Of a stretch of DNA of 64,000 nucleotides, positions 1 through 12,600 are shown one piece after another. The stretch lies in contig MU057343.1 of NCBI GenBank assembly GCA_013239625.1, positions 4,570,132 through 4,634,131 of the forward strand, written 5' to 3'. The position numbers and the translations under genes were made by a program. The DNA comes from Lama guanicoe (taxonomy: Eukaryota). The notes beneath the pieces were generated by a model, which saw only the letters and a list, made by a program, of their open reading frames with translations, had not been told where the DNA came from and searched no databases. The number at the start of each line of letters is the position of its first letter. Within the stretch, counting starts at the first letter, position 1.

Positions 1-2130
1 GTAAGTGAAAGAGGGGTATCTGGAAAAAACAACCATTTATAATCTGTTTTGACAAAGCAATTACTCACATGTTCAGTAGTATCATCAAATTCCCACTGAT
101 TGAGATTAAGAAGGTTGAGGAGGAGGGAAACAAAATAAAAAGAAATGAATAGAAACTTGTAGCCTGATAAAGGCAATGGCACCCTTCTTAGATTAAAAAA
201 GAAAGAAAGAATAAGCAATTGAAGTGTGTACAATAAAATTCCACAGAGTGTAAGTATGTTATGCTGCCACTTCCACTCCCAATTGAGAAGTTGAAAATAA
301 ATACGTATATTGTTATCACTAAAACCAGCTAATTTTTAAAAACTATGTGGTTCAATGGAATGAATCAATAAGGTATATAGCAAGTAGTTTACTTATGCAT
401 ACTACATTATGACATTTATTTTGACTTCTACCTAGGTTACACACACATTTCAAGTCACTATATAGATGAACGTTTTCCACTGATATTGAAAATGTATAGC
501 CCTCGTCAAGCTCTGCAAGATGTAATAAAATTCAATGAATACTCCAAGAGAACATGAAATGAGCAAAAAACAAAATAACCAGGACACCACCACCACAAGG
601 AAAATCAGCAAAATAATAAAGAAAAGCCAAAGTTCAAGAGAAAAAAGAAATGAGTTGACACTGAAGGCATTTCATAGCATGTAATTTCTTTAAGTACCAG
701 ATTCCCAATGAAAACAGCAACAGAACTGTATTTCTATAATGTAAGATTATCTAAGAACTGAAGAAGGATATCAAAGCATGATGGTCGTATCATTTTATTT
801 CTCATAATTGTGCAGACTTACCAAGTAAAACAAGCAGTAAGGACCTTATTAATTTTATACTCTAAGAACTTTCTATGTTACAGGCAGTATGAAATAAATA
901 TTCAACAAGTCAATGTCCCTTTTTCCAGAGTCTAAGGGACAACATGAGTCTCTGACTATATTTATAGAACTGGCCTTCAAACCAAAACTGGATCTGAGGT
1001 AGGTAAGTTAGCCACTAAGCCAGAACCCATTAGTTAAGAATGTTTTACAACTGAAAACATAAGTACCTCTGTGGGATGATTACATTAAGATTTTGGGGCA
1101 AATACAAAGTAAAGACTTTGGGGTAAAAAACAGGGATATTTATTGCCCTGTCATTGTCACAAAGAAGGCAAAATTCAGCAAGCTGATGTGGCAGTTTTCA
1201 AGTTTGCCTGTAACCTTTCCCTCTTTCATACAGACGAAGGGATTTTCTATTGAAGTTTCAAGTTTTGAGTAACTGTATCCAATTTCATGCCCAGCCACCA
1301 ATTTGCTGGATAAGCAAAGCATTCCCCTACTCATAATACTGCATCACCATTGGAACAGGCATAGGTGAGCTAATCCATGGGTTGTGTTTAATCCTCAGCA
1401 GGGCAGTAATTAGTAAAAATCTTCCTCTCCCTTTCAGAAATATATGTATAGGTAGATTTATTATGGCACTATTTTAGAATCACTTCGTGTTTCTTAAAAA
1501 AAAAAAACAGTTGGAAGAATTTTAATATTCTATTTTAAACAACTTACTATAAAATCAAGTTGTGACCACATGGTTATAAATCACTGCCTTAGGACTGACA
1601 GAATGTCTCACGTACTCAACTACTCTTAATAGTTTTCTCAATTTGCCTCAACATAGGGGATCCCATTAATTCCCTGAGAAACTAATCTTTCTCATCATCT
1701 TCATTTTCTGGGAAATAAAACAATTGTTTTCATTAAATATGTAATTTGGTAAAAAGATACTAATGAAAATACTATCTGGATACCTTTCCCCAAGTAAGAA
1801 TGTCTGTTCTTCAGTGGAAGAAGTCGTATGTTTAGAAGTTTGATGAACTTAGTTCCAATAGTTTAAGCACAGCAGAAAATAGATCCTATCAGCAACATTT
1901 CTGTTTAAAGTTCTTTCCTTTGATTTAGTTAAGTCAATTTTTTGAAGTCAGAAAGGCAAACAGAGCTGTAGAGAGCTGCATGTCTGTATTTTAAGAAAAC
2001 AGTGACATGTTTTTAATCAGATGTGTCATTTCAGTACAATTCACTTCCTCACTTGAAGTCAACACTGAGAAGGTAAATATGAATCATGTGTTTTAAAACT
2101 AGAATTTTGGACAGGACTTTTAAAATGCAA

Positions 2131-2180
2131 AAAATAAAATAAAATAAAATAAAATAAAATAAAATAAAATAAAATAAAAT
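2131..2180 (+). repeat. (AAAAT)10 microsatellite
   Basis: Perfect pentanucleotide array. Confidence 0.95.
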
Positions 2181-2229
2181 AGGGCCCATTGTAAGGTACA
2201 GACTAAAATAAATGTATCCTCTAAAAACA

Positions 2230-2775
2230 NNNNNNNNNNNNNNNNNNNNNNNNNNNNNNNNNNNNNNNNNNNNNNNNNNNNNNNNNNNNNNNNNNNNNNN
2301 NNNNNNNNNNNNNNNNNNNNNNNNNNNNNNNNNNNNNNNNNNNNNNNNNNNNNNNNNNNNNNNNNNNNNNNNNNNNNNNNNNNNNNNNNNNNNNNNNNNN
2401 NNNNNNNNNNNNNNNNNNNNNNNNNNNNNNNNNNNNNNNNNNNNNNNNNNNNNNNNNNNNNNNNNNNNNNNNNNNNNNNNNNNNNNNNNGTCCCACCCAG
2501 TCAGAGCATTTTCTTTACTTAGGTTTAAAAAAAAAAAAAAGGCAGACCCACTATGTNNNNNNNNNNNNNNNNNNNNNNNNNNNNNNNNNNNNNNNNNNNN
2601 NNNNNNNNNNNNNNNNNNNNNNNNNNNNNNNNNNNNNNNNNNNNNNNNNNNNNNNNNNNNNNNNNNNNNNNNNNNNNNNNNNNNNNNNNNNNNNNNNNNN
2701 NNNNNNNNNNNNNNNNNNNNNNNNNNNNNNNNNNNNNNNNNNNNNNNNNNNNNNNNNNNNNNNNNNNNNNNNNNN
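2230..2775. other. Two N-gaps (2230-2489 and 2557-2775)
   Basis: Runs of N, 260 and 219 nt. Confidence 0.99.
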
Positions 2776-3325
2776 GGAAATAATAACAAAAACAGGTTGT
2801 TGATTGTTGTGTGTTTTTTTAAGGTTTCTTTTTAGCAGAATAAAAAGATTCTTGATTATAAGGATTCTCTTCTTTTTTTTTCTCATATCAAAGGTATTCC
2901 ATACAACAGATGCCAAAAACTGAATGTCGAGCATCAGTGTCTCTGAAATATGCAAGACAAAAAGGCAACAAAAGGCTAAGAAGGCACTTTTGAAAAGTTA
3001 ACTTCAAAACATAAAAGACTGACTACAAAAAGCCAAGAAAAATGCAGAGGACTTTAGATGGAGGTACAGAGAAGGGCCTGGACTGCAAGGTCACAGAAGC
3101 ATACTGCTCTTTTAAAAGGAAGCATATTACTGTGTTGAGATTAAAAAGAAGAAAAAAATGCCCAGGCCGTAGTAAAGGTAGGTCTTTGGCAAAAACCACT
3201 GACATGACAGTGAAGCTGGGTAAAAAAGATGAGCAGAAAAAAACTGATTACTGTTAGCCTATCAAAAGACAGCAGACCAAGAGTGTGTCAGAAGGGTGCA
3301 AGATGACGCAGCAGAGGCAACATAC

Positions 3326-3631
3326 CATCTTCATCGGTTCGAATTAACATGGACAAGCTCTCGGGGCCAGGGCCGACATCCGTGTGGGCTGTCACAGTGA
3401 TCCGGTACTCAGTCCATTTTTCCAGCTGTTCTAAAAGGTACTTGGTAGTGTCCGAAGGAATTCCCAAAATCTCATGAGGCTTGTCATCTTCTCCATCCAC
3501 TGCGGCGTACTTGATGGAGTATTCCGTAATAATGCCATTCTGTTTTTCCACTGGTGGAGGTTGCCAACTTACCAAAATACTAGTGGAACTTGGGCTCGTG
3601 CAACTAATATCTTGAGGAGGAGCTGACGGCT
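3326..3631 (-). CDS. PTPRD: PTPRD coding exon, FNIII4 (306 nt): (K)[26 protein letters not shown]...[10 protein letters not shown]
   Basis: Acceptor ccaaaataag|AG; donor GATG|gtatgt; overlaps ORF 3288..3575. Confidence 0.96.
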
Positions 3632-6600
3632 CTTATTTTGGTAGTGAGTTAAAGGAGGGTTTGAGTGAAAGGACAGGAGTGGTTGGAAAAAAAAAATGAT
3701 AAAACAAAAGAAAAGGCAAAAAATAAATAAACGAACAATAAGATCAACAAAATGAAAATAAGGCTTTGAAACATAAAATAAATTATTAAAGATACATTTA
3801 TGTACCTTGGCTTAGTGATATGAATAAACCAAAAAATGAATAAATGACCAAAAAAGAATTGTTAAATAATGGGTGGGGGGAAGATGTGAAAATGAAACCT
3901 GGAGATAGAGCCTCAAATAAAATTACCTACCTGTAGTTTAAATTCTTCTTCTAAACCAATCCCTCAGTATTCCCCAGCCCTACTATACAGACTATCGAAC
4001 TTCAAAAGAGCTGCAAACAGTACAAGATTTATTATATGAGACTCTGAAGATGTTTCACAGATGCCGTTTTAAGCTTTCACGTCTACATTCTAGAATGAGG
4101 GCCATTCATACACAGTTTTAATTTGTGAAAAGGTTCTTAAGTGTGAAAAGTTGCAATAAGTGTTAGATGCCCTTCCACCAATTCCAATTTCTTAAAAAGG
4201 GAAAGAAAGAAAAGCCAAACAAACATAAAAGGGTTCCCTCTGACTGTCTGAAAAACTGAGTCTGCCTGACCAGTTTTAATGCAAAGTGTTAACCTAACAT
4301 TAATTATACCCCTAGACAGAGAGCATGCAGAATCGATAAAGGGTGAAAATGCATAGTCCAAGATTTACCTACCCGAAGGTAATGTCAGGCTTGTTGATTC
4401 TGACTGTAACTTGTACTTACCCTATGTCAGCTTTCAGCTTTTTTAAAATTATAACTCTTCTTGAGACATCATTGCTAGTGAAGAATTAGATCCCACCAGC
4501 AAATTTTGGTGAAATCAACAAAACTCATCTATCCCTTACAAAATGTCAGTAACACAGCCATTAAAAAGAACTGTTTAAAAAAATTAATTTCCTGAGAACC
4601 ATATGAAAAAGATATGACTTATCTTTCACTTTATATGTAATTCTTTTTACTTTGTACTTAATTAATCATATAAAATAGGGCTTCCATAGAATTAAATGAT
4701 AAACTTTCTTATTGCCCATTTTAAAACAAGCTGGTCACCTTCTGAGCAATTATTTTCCATCAAATAAACCAACTATATCATTACTCAAAAGCAATAAAAA
4801 GTAATGAGGAGCTATATGACTGTTTTAAGTTATTTTTAAAGCTAATAATCCATATTCCTAAAGAACAAACAAGTGGAATAAGATAAATATATAGATAGAT
4901 ACAGACAGATGTTTAAGGCAAAATATACAGCATAATGAGTAATTCATTTCTAATTTTTCATATTTGAACATGTAGTTTGGATATTTCTTTAGACTTTATT
5001 TCTTAACATTATGTAGTATCAGGTATGTCTGGTTGTTTAGATTATCAGTCTTTCTTAATTTACATTTCTTGTGTTCTTCATTATAGGCAATCAAGATGAA
5101 AAGCTCCCTGAACCGAAAAAAAGTAAATTCTCACAAAACAGCCTTGTAAATTTGGAATAAGATTTGCAAAATCACTAGAACATCATGTTTATTGATTCTG
5201 ACTACATTATAGGTTCTTATATTTCAAATTATGCAACTATTTTATATGCATTTTCATTCATAATAAATTGAGTTGTTCATGTAACAGCAAAGACTCATTT
5301 GTAATTCTTTTTAAAAAACTGATTTAGTTTTCATTACAATCCTACCTTCAGAACTCCTGTGAGAGTACATATAACACCACTTGAAACTTTTGTTTAATAA
5401 AATAAAGAGGTAAGCTTTTGATGTGGCTATAAAAAGTCCACTCTGTCTCTGTGTGTGCTAGTATACATGCATGTATGTACATACATACAAAAATGTCAAG
5501 TTTGTAAACCATATGAAATACTGAATCATGTCACATTTCTTTTAATTAAATGTCTGATTTTAAGAATTACCTCCTGCAATAATACTTATTAGCCTTCCTG
5601 GAATTCAAAGAAGACATACAAAACTGTACTGATTTACATGCTTCAGTTTTCACAGAAAGCAAATTTTATGGGGATAAGCTATAATGAGTAAGGGATTAAG
5701 CAACAGGATCCTAATATTTTTCACATGAATAATCATGTGTTGAGGAAGAATATAAATTTCATCATCAAAAAACTCTGAAAGATTTCAAGTTTCCACAGAA
5801 AAATGAAGTAAGACTTACTTATTTGAAAGACAATTCATCTTCTAAAAATTTTTGTAAATTTCACATTTGCTGATAGGTCAAAAAATTAGGTCTTTAGAAC
5901 ATTCTCTTCATAAATTCAATGTATTAACATTATACATATCTATTGTATAGGTCACTATACCGAAAATCACATATAAAATATAAAATATTTAAAAAAATCT
6001 AAGGAAATTATTTCATAAAATTGTTCACGATAAATGGTTGCTGAGTAGACTAATTGTAGAAACTTATTAATAAGGAGCAAGCATTAGTATTATAAATCAC
6101 CAAACTTTCCATCGGAAACAATCTGTCACATAATACTCAATGCAAAGCAACCTTTCTTGGACACAACAAACCCCCACTGTGATAAGTACAACTATGCTTT
6201 AAGGTAAAAGTTCCAAAAGGAATTGAACCTGAGGAAATAAAATACAACTTAGGATAGCAAATGTACTTGTGAGTACTCCACTGTTTCTAAGTCTGTCCGA
6301 ATACAGATTTTCTGTGATTGTTCCAAATTTCCACATGTACTACTTGCAAAGTTAGTAACAAACTGGGAACAAATATGTGACTTGGTTATCAGCAAAGGTA
6401 AAACCTGTGTGCTTAAACAAGATAAAAGTTTGTTCTTTTGCTGTCTCTTTAGTTTACCAAGCCCTCCTCTAAGTATTTTGCAGTGTTCTCAACCTGAATT
6501 TTGCTTTGTGGCCTTCTATTTTATTAAATGGGGCCTGATGTAGCTTCTTTACCCATGTTTCTCACGGAGGTTTCCAAACTTCTCTGAACCTCCTCCAATT

Positions 6601-6814
6601 TAGGAAGTGGAAGAATGGGCTCTGTTATTTGCACCAAATTTGAAACAAACATAGGTCATGGTGCTCTAATCCCCAAAGCTGGACGTTTGCTAGTATACAG
6701 ACTACCGACTATTAAAATCACATTAGTTAGCAGGTTGGTTTGTTGGTGGAGATAAAAGCCAACAGCACTTCCTAGTGAAAAAAGGACAGAAAGTAAGCAA
6801 GGAAAGACACCTAC

Positions 6815-6959
6815 TTGACTGCATGGTTCTGGCTGATATTTCCGCTGTGGAAGCACCCAGGCCTTGAGGGGAGCGCGCAGCCAGACGGAAGTGGTACAAG
6901 CTGTTTGGTCTCAGCCCTTGCAGCCTGTAAGACGTCCCTGGCTCAATGGTAATCCGCTG
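6815..6959 (-). CDS. PTPRD: PTPRD coding exon, second part of FNIII3 (145 nt): [48 protein letters not shown]
   Basis: Hand translation (this frame is absent from the ORF track). Acceptor ccatag|CAG; donor TCAA|gtaggt; phases match both neighbouring exons. Confidence 0.96.
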
Positions 6960-8118
6960 CTATGGATAATTGACAAGAGAATCTGGTCATCTTCACTAAG
7001 ATTTGTGCATCTATTTTTTTTATTACACCACCCAGAATATCAGATTTCCAACAAGAGGGTTATAAGGGCATCAAAATATCACAAGCAGAATCAACAGTGA
7101 GTATCAAGGAATCTACTAGAGGAATTACATAATGAAAATATCAGAGTTTACAAGGCAAATTTCTACAACAGTAAGGCAACTGGAATTAACGAAGCCAGGG
7201 ATCTGTCTAGTGAGGACACAGTTTTCCACATGCATCAGATAAGAGGGATTGAGAGGCCACCACCCATAAATGCAGTCTACCCTGAAGGCACGTGTGTGGC
7301 TGTGACACTGCCCACAACAGAAACTGACACCCACCCTTGATGATGGCCCATGCCCAAGCAGTGAGAAGACAACTGAGGAGATATCTGGCTCATCTCCCAT
7401 GATCCTCTGCTACCTAGACAGAGGCAAAGACAATATGGCCAGAAGTAACAAGAGACTGGTATACAGTTTGTGTGAGATTGCTATAAAGAGAGCTGAAAAA
7501 GCCAAGGTCTCAGGCGATAAAAATCAGATGTTAGTTACTGAAGAAAGCTGAATAATGTATATGAAACCGTATCATTCCTCTAGGTTGATTTCATGTTAAC
7601 TGTAAAACCTCCTTTCTTTGTGAATATAGAGCCTCCAGCTAGAAAAAAAAAATCACACCTTACTTTTCTGTAACTTTTAACATCATAAATGGCTTCTGAA
7701 ATAAGGTTTCTTTAATTGGATGTTGTTACAACGTATTTTTGTGCTTGACATCTGCCCTCGCATTTTAGCAAAAATATAGCTATCTATCTCTGGGTAATCA
7801 ATCGCAGATTGAACAAGAGCCTATAGTAAACCTTAAAATGCATGCTAATGTGTACTTCAGTAATGGCATCAATAATCTTACAAAATTTTTATCAAATAGT
7901 GTTTGCTGTTCACATAAATAGAAATCAGTCAAGGAAAATTCAGATACAAAATTAGAGAAAACATCCCTAGGGTCTTCTGGCTATACAAAAGGTTTCAAAA
8001 ATTTTAAATGTAACAAATAAAAAGAAAATAAGGGATTTCCTAAATAATAGTAAAAAAGGGGTCAGCCAACAGTCAAGCATCCATAGCATTTTCAAAGGAC
8101 TTCCACTCTCTTTACTAC

Positions 8119-8166
8119 ATTTATTTATGTATTTATTTATGTATTTATTTATTTATTTATTTATTT
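8119..8166 (+). repeat. (ATTT)n microsatellite, interrupted
   Basis: atttatttatgtatttatttatgtatttattt... Confidence 0.9.
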
Positions 8167-8741
8167 TGTTGGGTAATGGTAGGAATTTAAAATAACTTAA
8201 TGCTGACTTATGTCTTACTAATAAAAACACCAACAGTTGTAACATGAGTACTTTAAGTTACATCAGCACTTCAGTTCTGTAACTTTTTGAGTGATGAACT
8301 TACATCAGCTTTGTTAGCTAAATCTAAAAGCACTGCTTTTGGAATCTGGTCTTTGGAGATTCTGCTCAATTCAAACATGCAATAAAACAGAAGTTTGCAG
8401 GAACATATTAATTTATTATAGCATTCAAAGTTATGCACTACAATTTAATTGGTAACAGCTCACTGAGTACGTGAGTGTTTAAAAAAGGTATTCTTTGTTA
8501 AAACTTGGGGCTGTTTTGCTTTCTGAAGATCTTTTTTACATAAAGAATGCTAAGCAATATCATAAAATGGCTTAGTGGATTGAGTTTTCATGTACAGTTT
8601 TATTAACATTTTTGTCCTAATGTTCCCTGATGGCTTTCACAATAATGAAAGAAACATATTTATTACTATCAAATATTCCCATTCTGAAAATATTAGATGT
8701 ATCTTAATACTGATTTCTATAATCTATTCGAAGTACACCCA

Positions 8742-8985
8742 AGAGGCAGTGTGTCCTAACGGTGAAAAATATAAATTCTGGAAACTGTCTAGATTCAAAT
8801 TCCAGCTCTACCATTCAGTAATAAGAGGCTTTGGGCAAATTATTTAACTTTTTTCCATGCCTCCATTTTGTTAACATCTGAACTAGATTAATAATAAAAG
8901 CTGACTCAAAGCACTATTGGAAGGATTAAGTGACTTATATGTGAAACCCTTATTATAGTGCCTGTTAATGTATGTGTTAGTTATT
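8742..8985 (+). mobile_element. MIR SINE, degenerate
   Basis: Resembles the MIR core: ttcaaattccagctctacca...ttgggcaaattatttaact...aggattaagtga...tagtgcctg. Confidence 0.75.
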
Positions 8986-9549
8986 TTGATTTTTATTTCT
9001 CTTTTCAGTAACTAGCAATAGTTTCTAGCCTTCTAGAATCTGTTGTTTTATTAGCATAACATAAGCTTTATATACGTTTACATTCATATCAATTATTGGC
9101 ATAAAAACAAACATTTGCTATAGGGCATCGTTCTCTGAAACTGGTTTGGACCACTTCATCTGCCCAAAGCCTTGGAGTTTACTTAGTCATGTGCTGACGG
9201 TGACTTCAGTACTTTAATGCAGAAAATAAAGAAAGGAAATTCTCAAGTCTCAAGGAGTATATTATTTTATAATCTGATACTTCCATAAGTAACTTGGAAA
9301 TCTGAATTAAAAAAAAAAACATTCAATGGGGCAATAGCAGTTTTTTTTATTTCTTTGGTCCCACCCCCATCAAGTTTCCGAATATCCCACCCCTCTTTTT
9401 TTTGGTTAAGTTTCTCTTTTGACCAAAAAATCTTTTCCACCAAGGTCCTCTAGAGACGTGTGACCTTTTCACAGAACCTGGGCCAGGACACAGAACAGCA
9501 GCAGTGCCTCGGGGCAGTGAATGATCCCAAGGGAGAAGCACAGTCCTAC

Positions 9550-9683
9550 CTCCTCTCCATGCTCCCCGTCTTTGTAGACCAGTTCATAGTTGGCAATGGT
9601 GTCTGAACGTGGAGGTGTCCAAGAGAGTAAAATACTTGTTTCGGATTCAGGTTCTGCCTTGAAGTTTAGTGGCTGCCCTGGTA
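9550..9683 (-). CDS. PTPRD: PTPRD coding exon, first part of FNIII3 (134 nt): (V)[44 protein letters not shown]
   Basis: Acceptor cttgttttag|TA; donor GAG|gtagga; within ORF 9469..9717. Confidence 0.96.
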
Positions 9684-12600
9684 CTAAAACAAGGAGGCAA
9701 AGGACTGAGCTCAACATTACCAGGAATATTCAGAAGTTCTTTCATTCGTGCATCTGTTTAAATCTTTCACTAAGTGTCCATGTGTATCACTTCACCGGCA
9801 AAGTAGGTCCCTTACAATGTCCAAGTTAAACTGTGTACATAAAGCCTATTTTTCTTCCTCTTAAGATCAAGAACAATGTTATAATTACTGTCCTTGTTTC
9901 TGAGTGGTTTACTATGTACACAGGATGTGGAATTAGCAAATGTAGAATATATAAGTCTCTGCATTCAACTTTAAGGATAACATTTACTTTATAATATTGT
10001 TGTAAGTAATAAATGAGATGATTTATATAAACCACTTGGAATAAATATTGCCTAAATCATATCAAGTGTGAAATACATAAAAGCTACTGCTACTTTACAA
10101 CTGAGTGGGACCTGATTCTCTAGCACTACAGTTTACTTTCAAACTTATTTCCAATTAGGTTTATAAAATTCCACCTACATTCCTTTAACAAAACCTAAAG
10201 AATTGGTAGTATTTTTTTCCTTACTAATATATGTTTTTGAAAAGATGTAAAAACAGTAGAATAAAAAGATTTTAAAAACTACCATTAACCAATAATTCTT
10301 TCTAATCCTTAAATGACTTTACAGGAGTTAATATACTAGACCCAATATAAATTTAACATTGTCCCTACTGAGAAGGGACAATATTAACTTTAACTACACA
10401 AGTTAAAAAGTGTGTAGAATACAATTATCACAAATACAGGAATTAAACAGAGGTCATCTATAGTTGTCACATTAGTCATATAATCCATGCAACAGACAAT
10501 TTGGAAGAGCTAGATATCCAATATAATCAACAATGGGACGTCTATCCAGTTTAAAACACCTTACCCCAAATGATGAATTAGAACACATTTTACTAACCCT
10601 CACTTCCTACTTAGTTTAGCACTTAATCCCACTAGGTCCTCCATCCGTTATACACAAGGCTGTCACACTTCAGGGCATCGCTAGCATAGCTACCCTTCCT
10701 TACATCGTTCTTGGCCAGTGTCTGCTCTGACTGGTTGGTACCCATGCCAGGCTGGTCACTTAATATTTTTATCATTATCCCTGATACTGTGATACATTTC
10801 AGAGTGCCACAGCTGGACATATGTCCATATTCCTACAAGTTCACACGAGAATTCTGTGTATATTTAATAAAAACACAAGAACACCAGAGGGGAAAAGAAC
10901 ATATAAAGTGTTCTTGGCAAATGAGCACAGACATTCAAAAAGCATATAAAAATAATGTAATTTGTAGCTGATGTATGACATCAATTTCTTAAATAATACT
11001 TAAAGCATCATTTTTACAAGAAAAAACACCTTTGGAAATATTAAAGACATTACTTTCTTTCTTTTTTTTTTTTTTGTAGTGACCTGTCTGTAGTATGACT
11101 AAAAAACTCCCTTTTGTTTAAAAGGAGATTCAAATCTAAAGGAATCTACAAGAATAGCTCTGAGATCTCTAATTATCAGGTTATTCCTCTGGTCTGTTAA
11201 CCTGTGAACCTGTGTGTGCAGGTGTGTGTGTTCACATGTGTGTGCAAGAGAACACACTTATGTGTGGACTGATGCTTAAGGCCACCAATAATCAGTGCTT
11301 CATATTTCTAATTGCATTAATCTTCTTTTCTCTCTTGTATCACAGGTCTTGCGATACTCATTAATTTGATGCCTCTAGGAATGTACTGTCTGAACAGGGA
11401 ACGTATTTATTTATTTATTTTTAAGTACTTGCCCAGTGGGTGACCTAACACAATCATTCAGACTGAGCGGTGAGAGAGACAAAAGAAGATAAAAAAATCA
11501 AGAGCAAGAAAAGGTAGAACAGAAGGAAATAAGAAAAACAATCAGGCAAATAGAAAGAGAAATAGAAAATACATTACTTCTACAAGGGAAATGCCAATAG
11601 GACTGGCAGGAGAGACCATGGAAGCCAGGAATAATTGGACAGATGGGGAAATTATGATTGGATTCTAATATTCAGATGATGAAAGGTTTTCTCAGCCTGA
11701 AGATACACACATATATATGCATATGTACTCAGTTACTTCTTTTTCTCTAGTTTTACTGCCTTTTTCCTTTCCCCGGCTTCCACAAGACTGGGAAAGAAGA
11801 AAGCCTTCTGACAACTTCTGATTTAAACCAAACCAAATAAAATACTGTCAAAAACTATAAACATGGATAGCGTTGAAGGGCTGCTCTCAGGATGGTAATT
11901 GCTTGTTACGTTATTTCCTCCCTGCTAACGCTAATAATAAACGGATTGAAAACATTGAGGGAATCAAAGTAACTTTTTCTTAAACGGTTTACTTTTTTGT
12001 TTTTAATTTGTTTTGAACAGATTCCTGGTAGGTCTCAGTGTTTCATCCTTATTTAGTGCCACTAACTTCATATAGTTGTCTAATTCTGTTTGGTTCTATT
12101 CCAGTCTCTCCTAAATAATAAACCAGGTACATCACAGTCTCAGAGGGTGTACTGCTCCTTTTCTGATTAGACAAGAGACATAGTAAGTAAGTAGTGGTCA
12201 CACACGGGATGGTGAGTCTCATCAAAGAATACAAATGGGGTTCTCCCCCTCTGCTTCCACCATTGTCTTCTCTTGAAGTGGTCTGGAGAGCAATCTACTA
12301 GGTTTTAAACCTGTGGTAGGAATACCAGTGCCAGACAGATCTCTCAGGTGAGTCCTGGAGGCTATGCTGGGCTCAGGGGTCAATGGGGGAGCGCCAGGGC
12401 CACCAGAAGTAGTCAGTGGTGCTCAGAGACAAGACACTGCTGCCTTGTGGAATGTAGGCTCAGCCTTGCCCAAGCTTCTGATTATTCAACAGAAGTTGAT
12501 AATGAACCTTACAGATAAAAATCTTTCAAATTTTAACAACTGGAAATGAACTGAATTACTTTAAATTAATTGAAAAACACTGCACAGGGCAAAATGTGTC

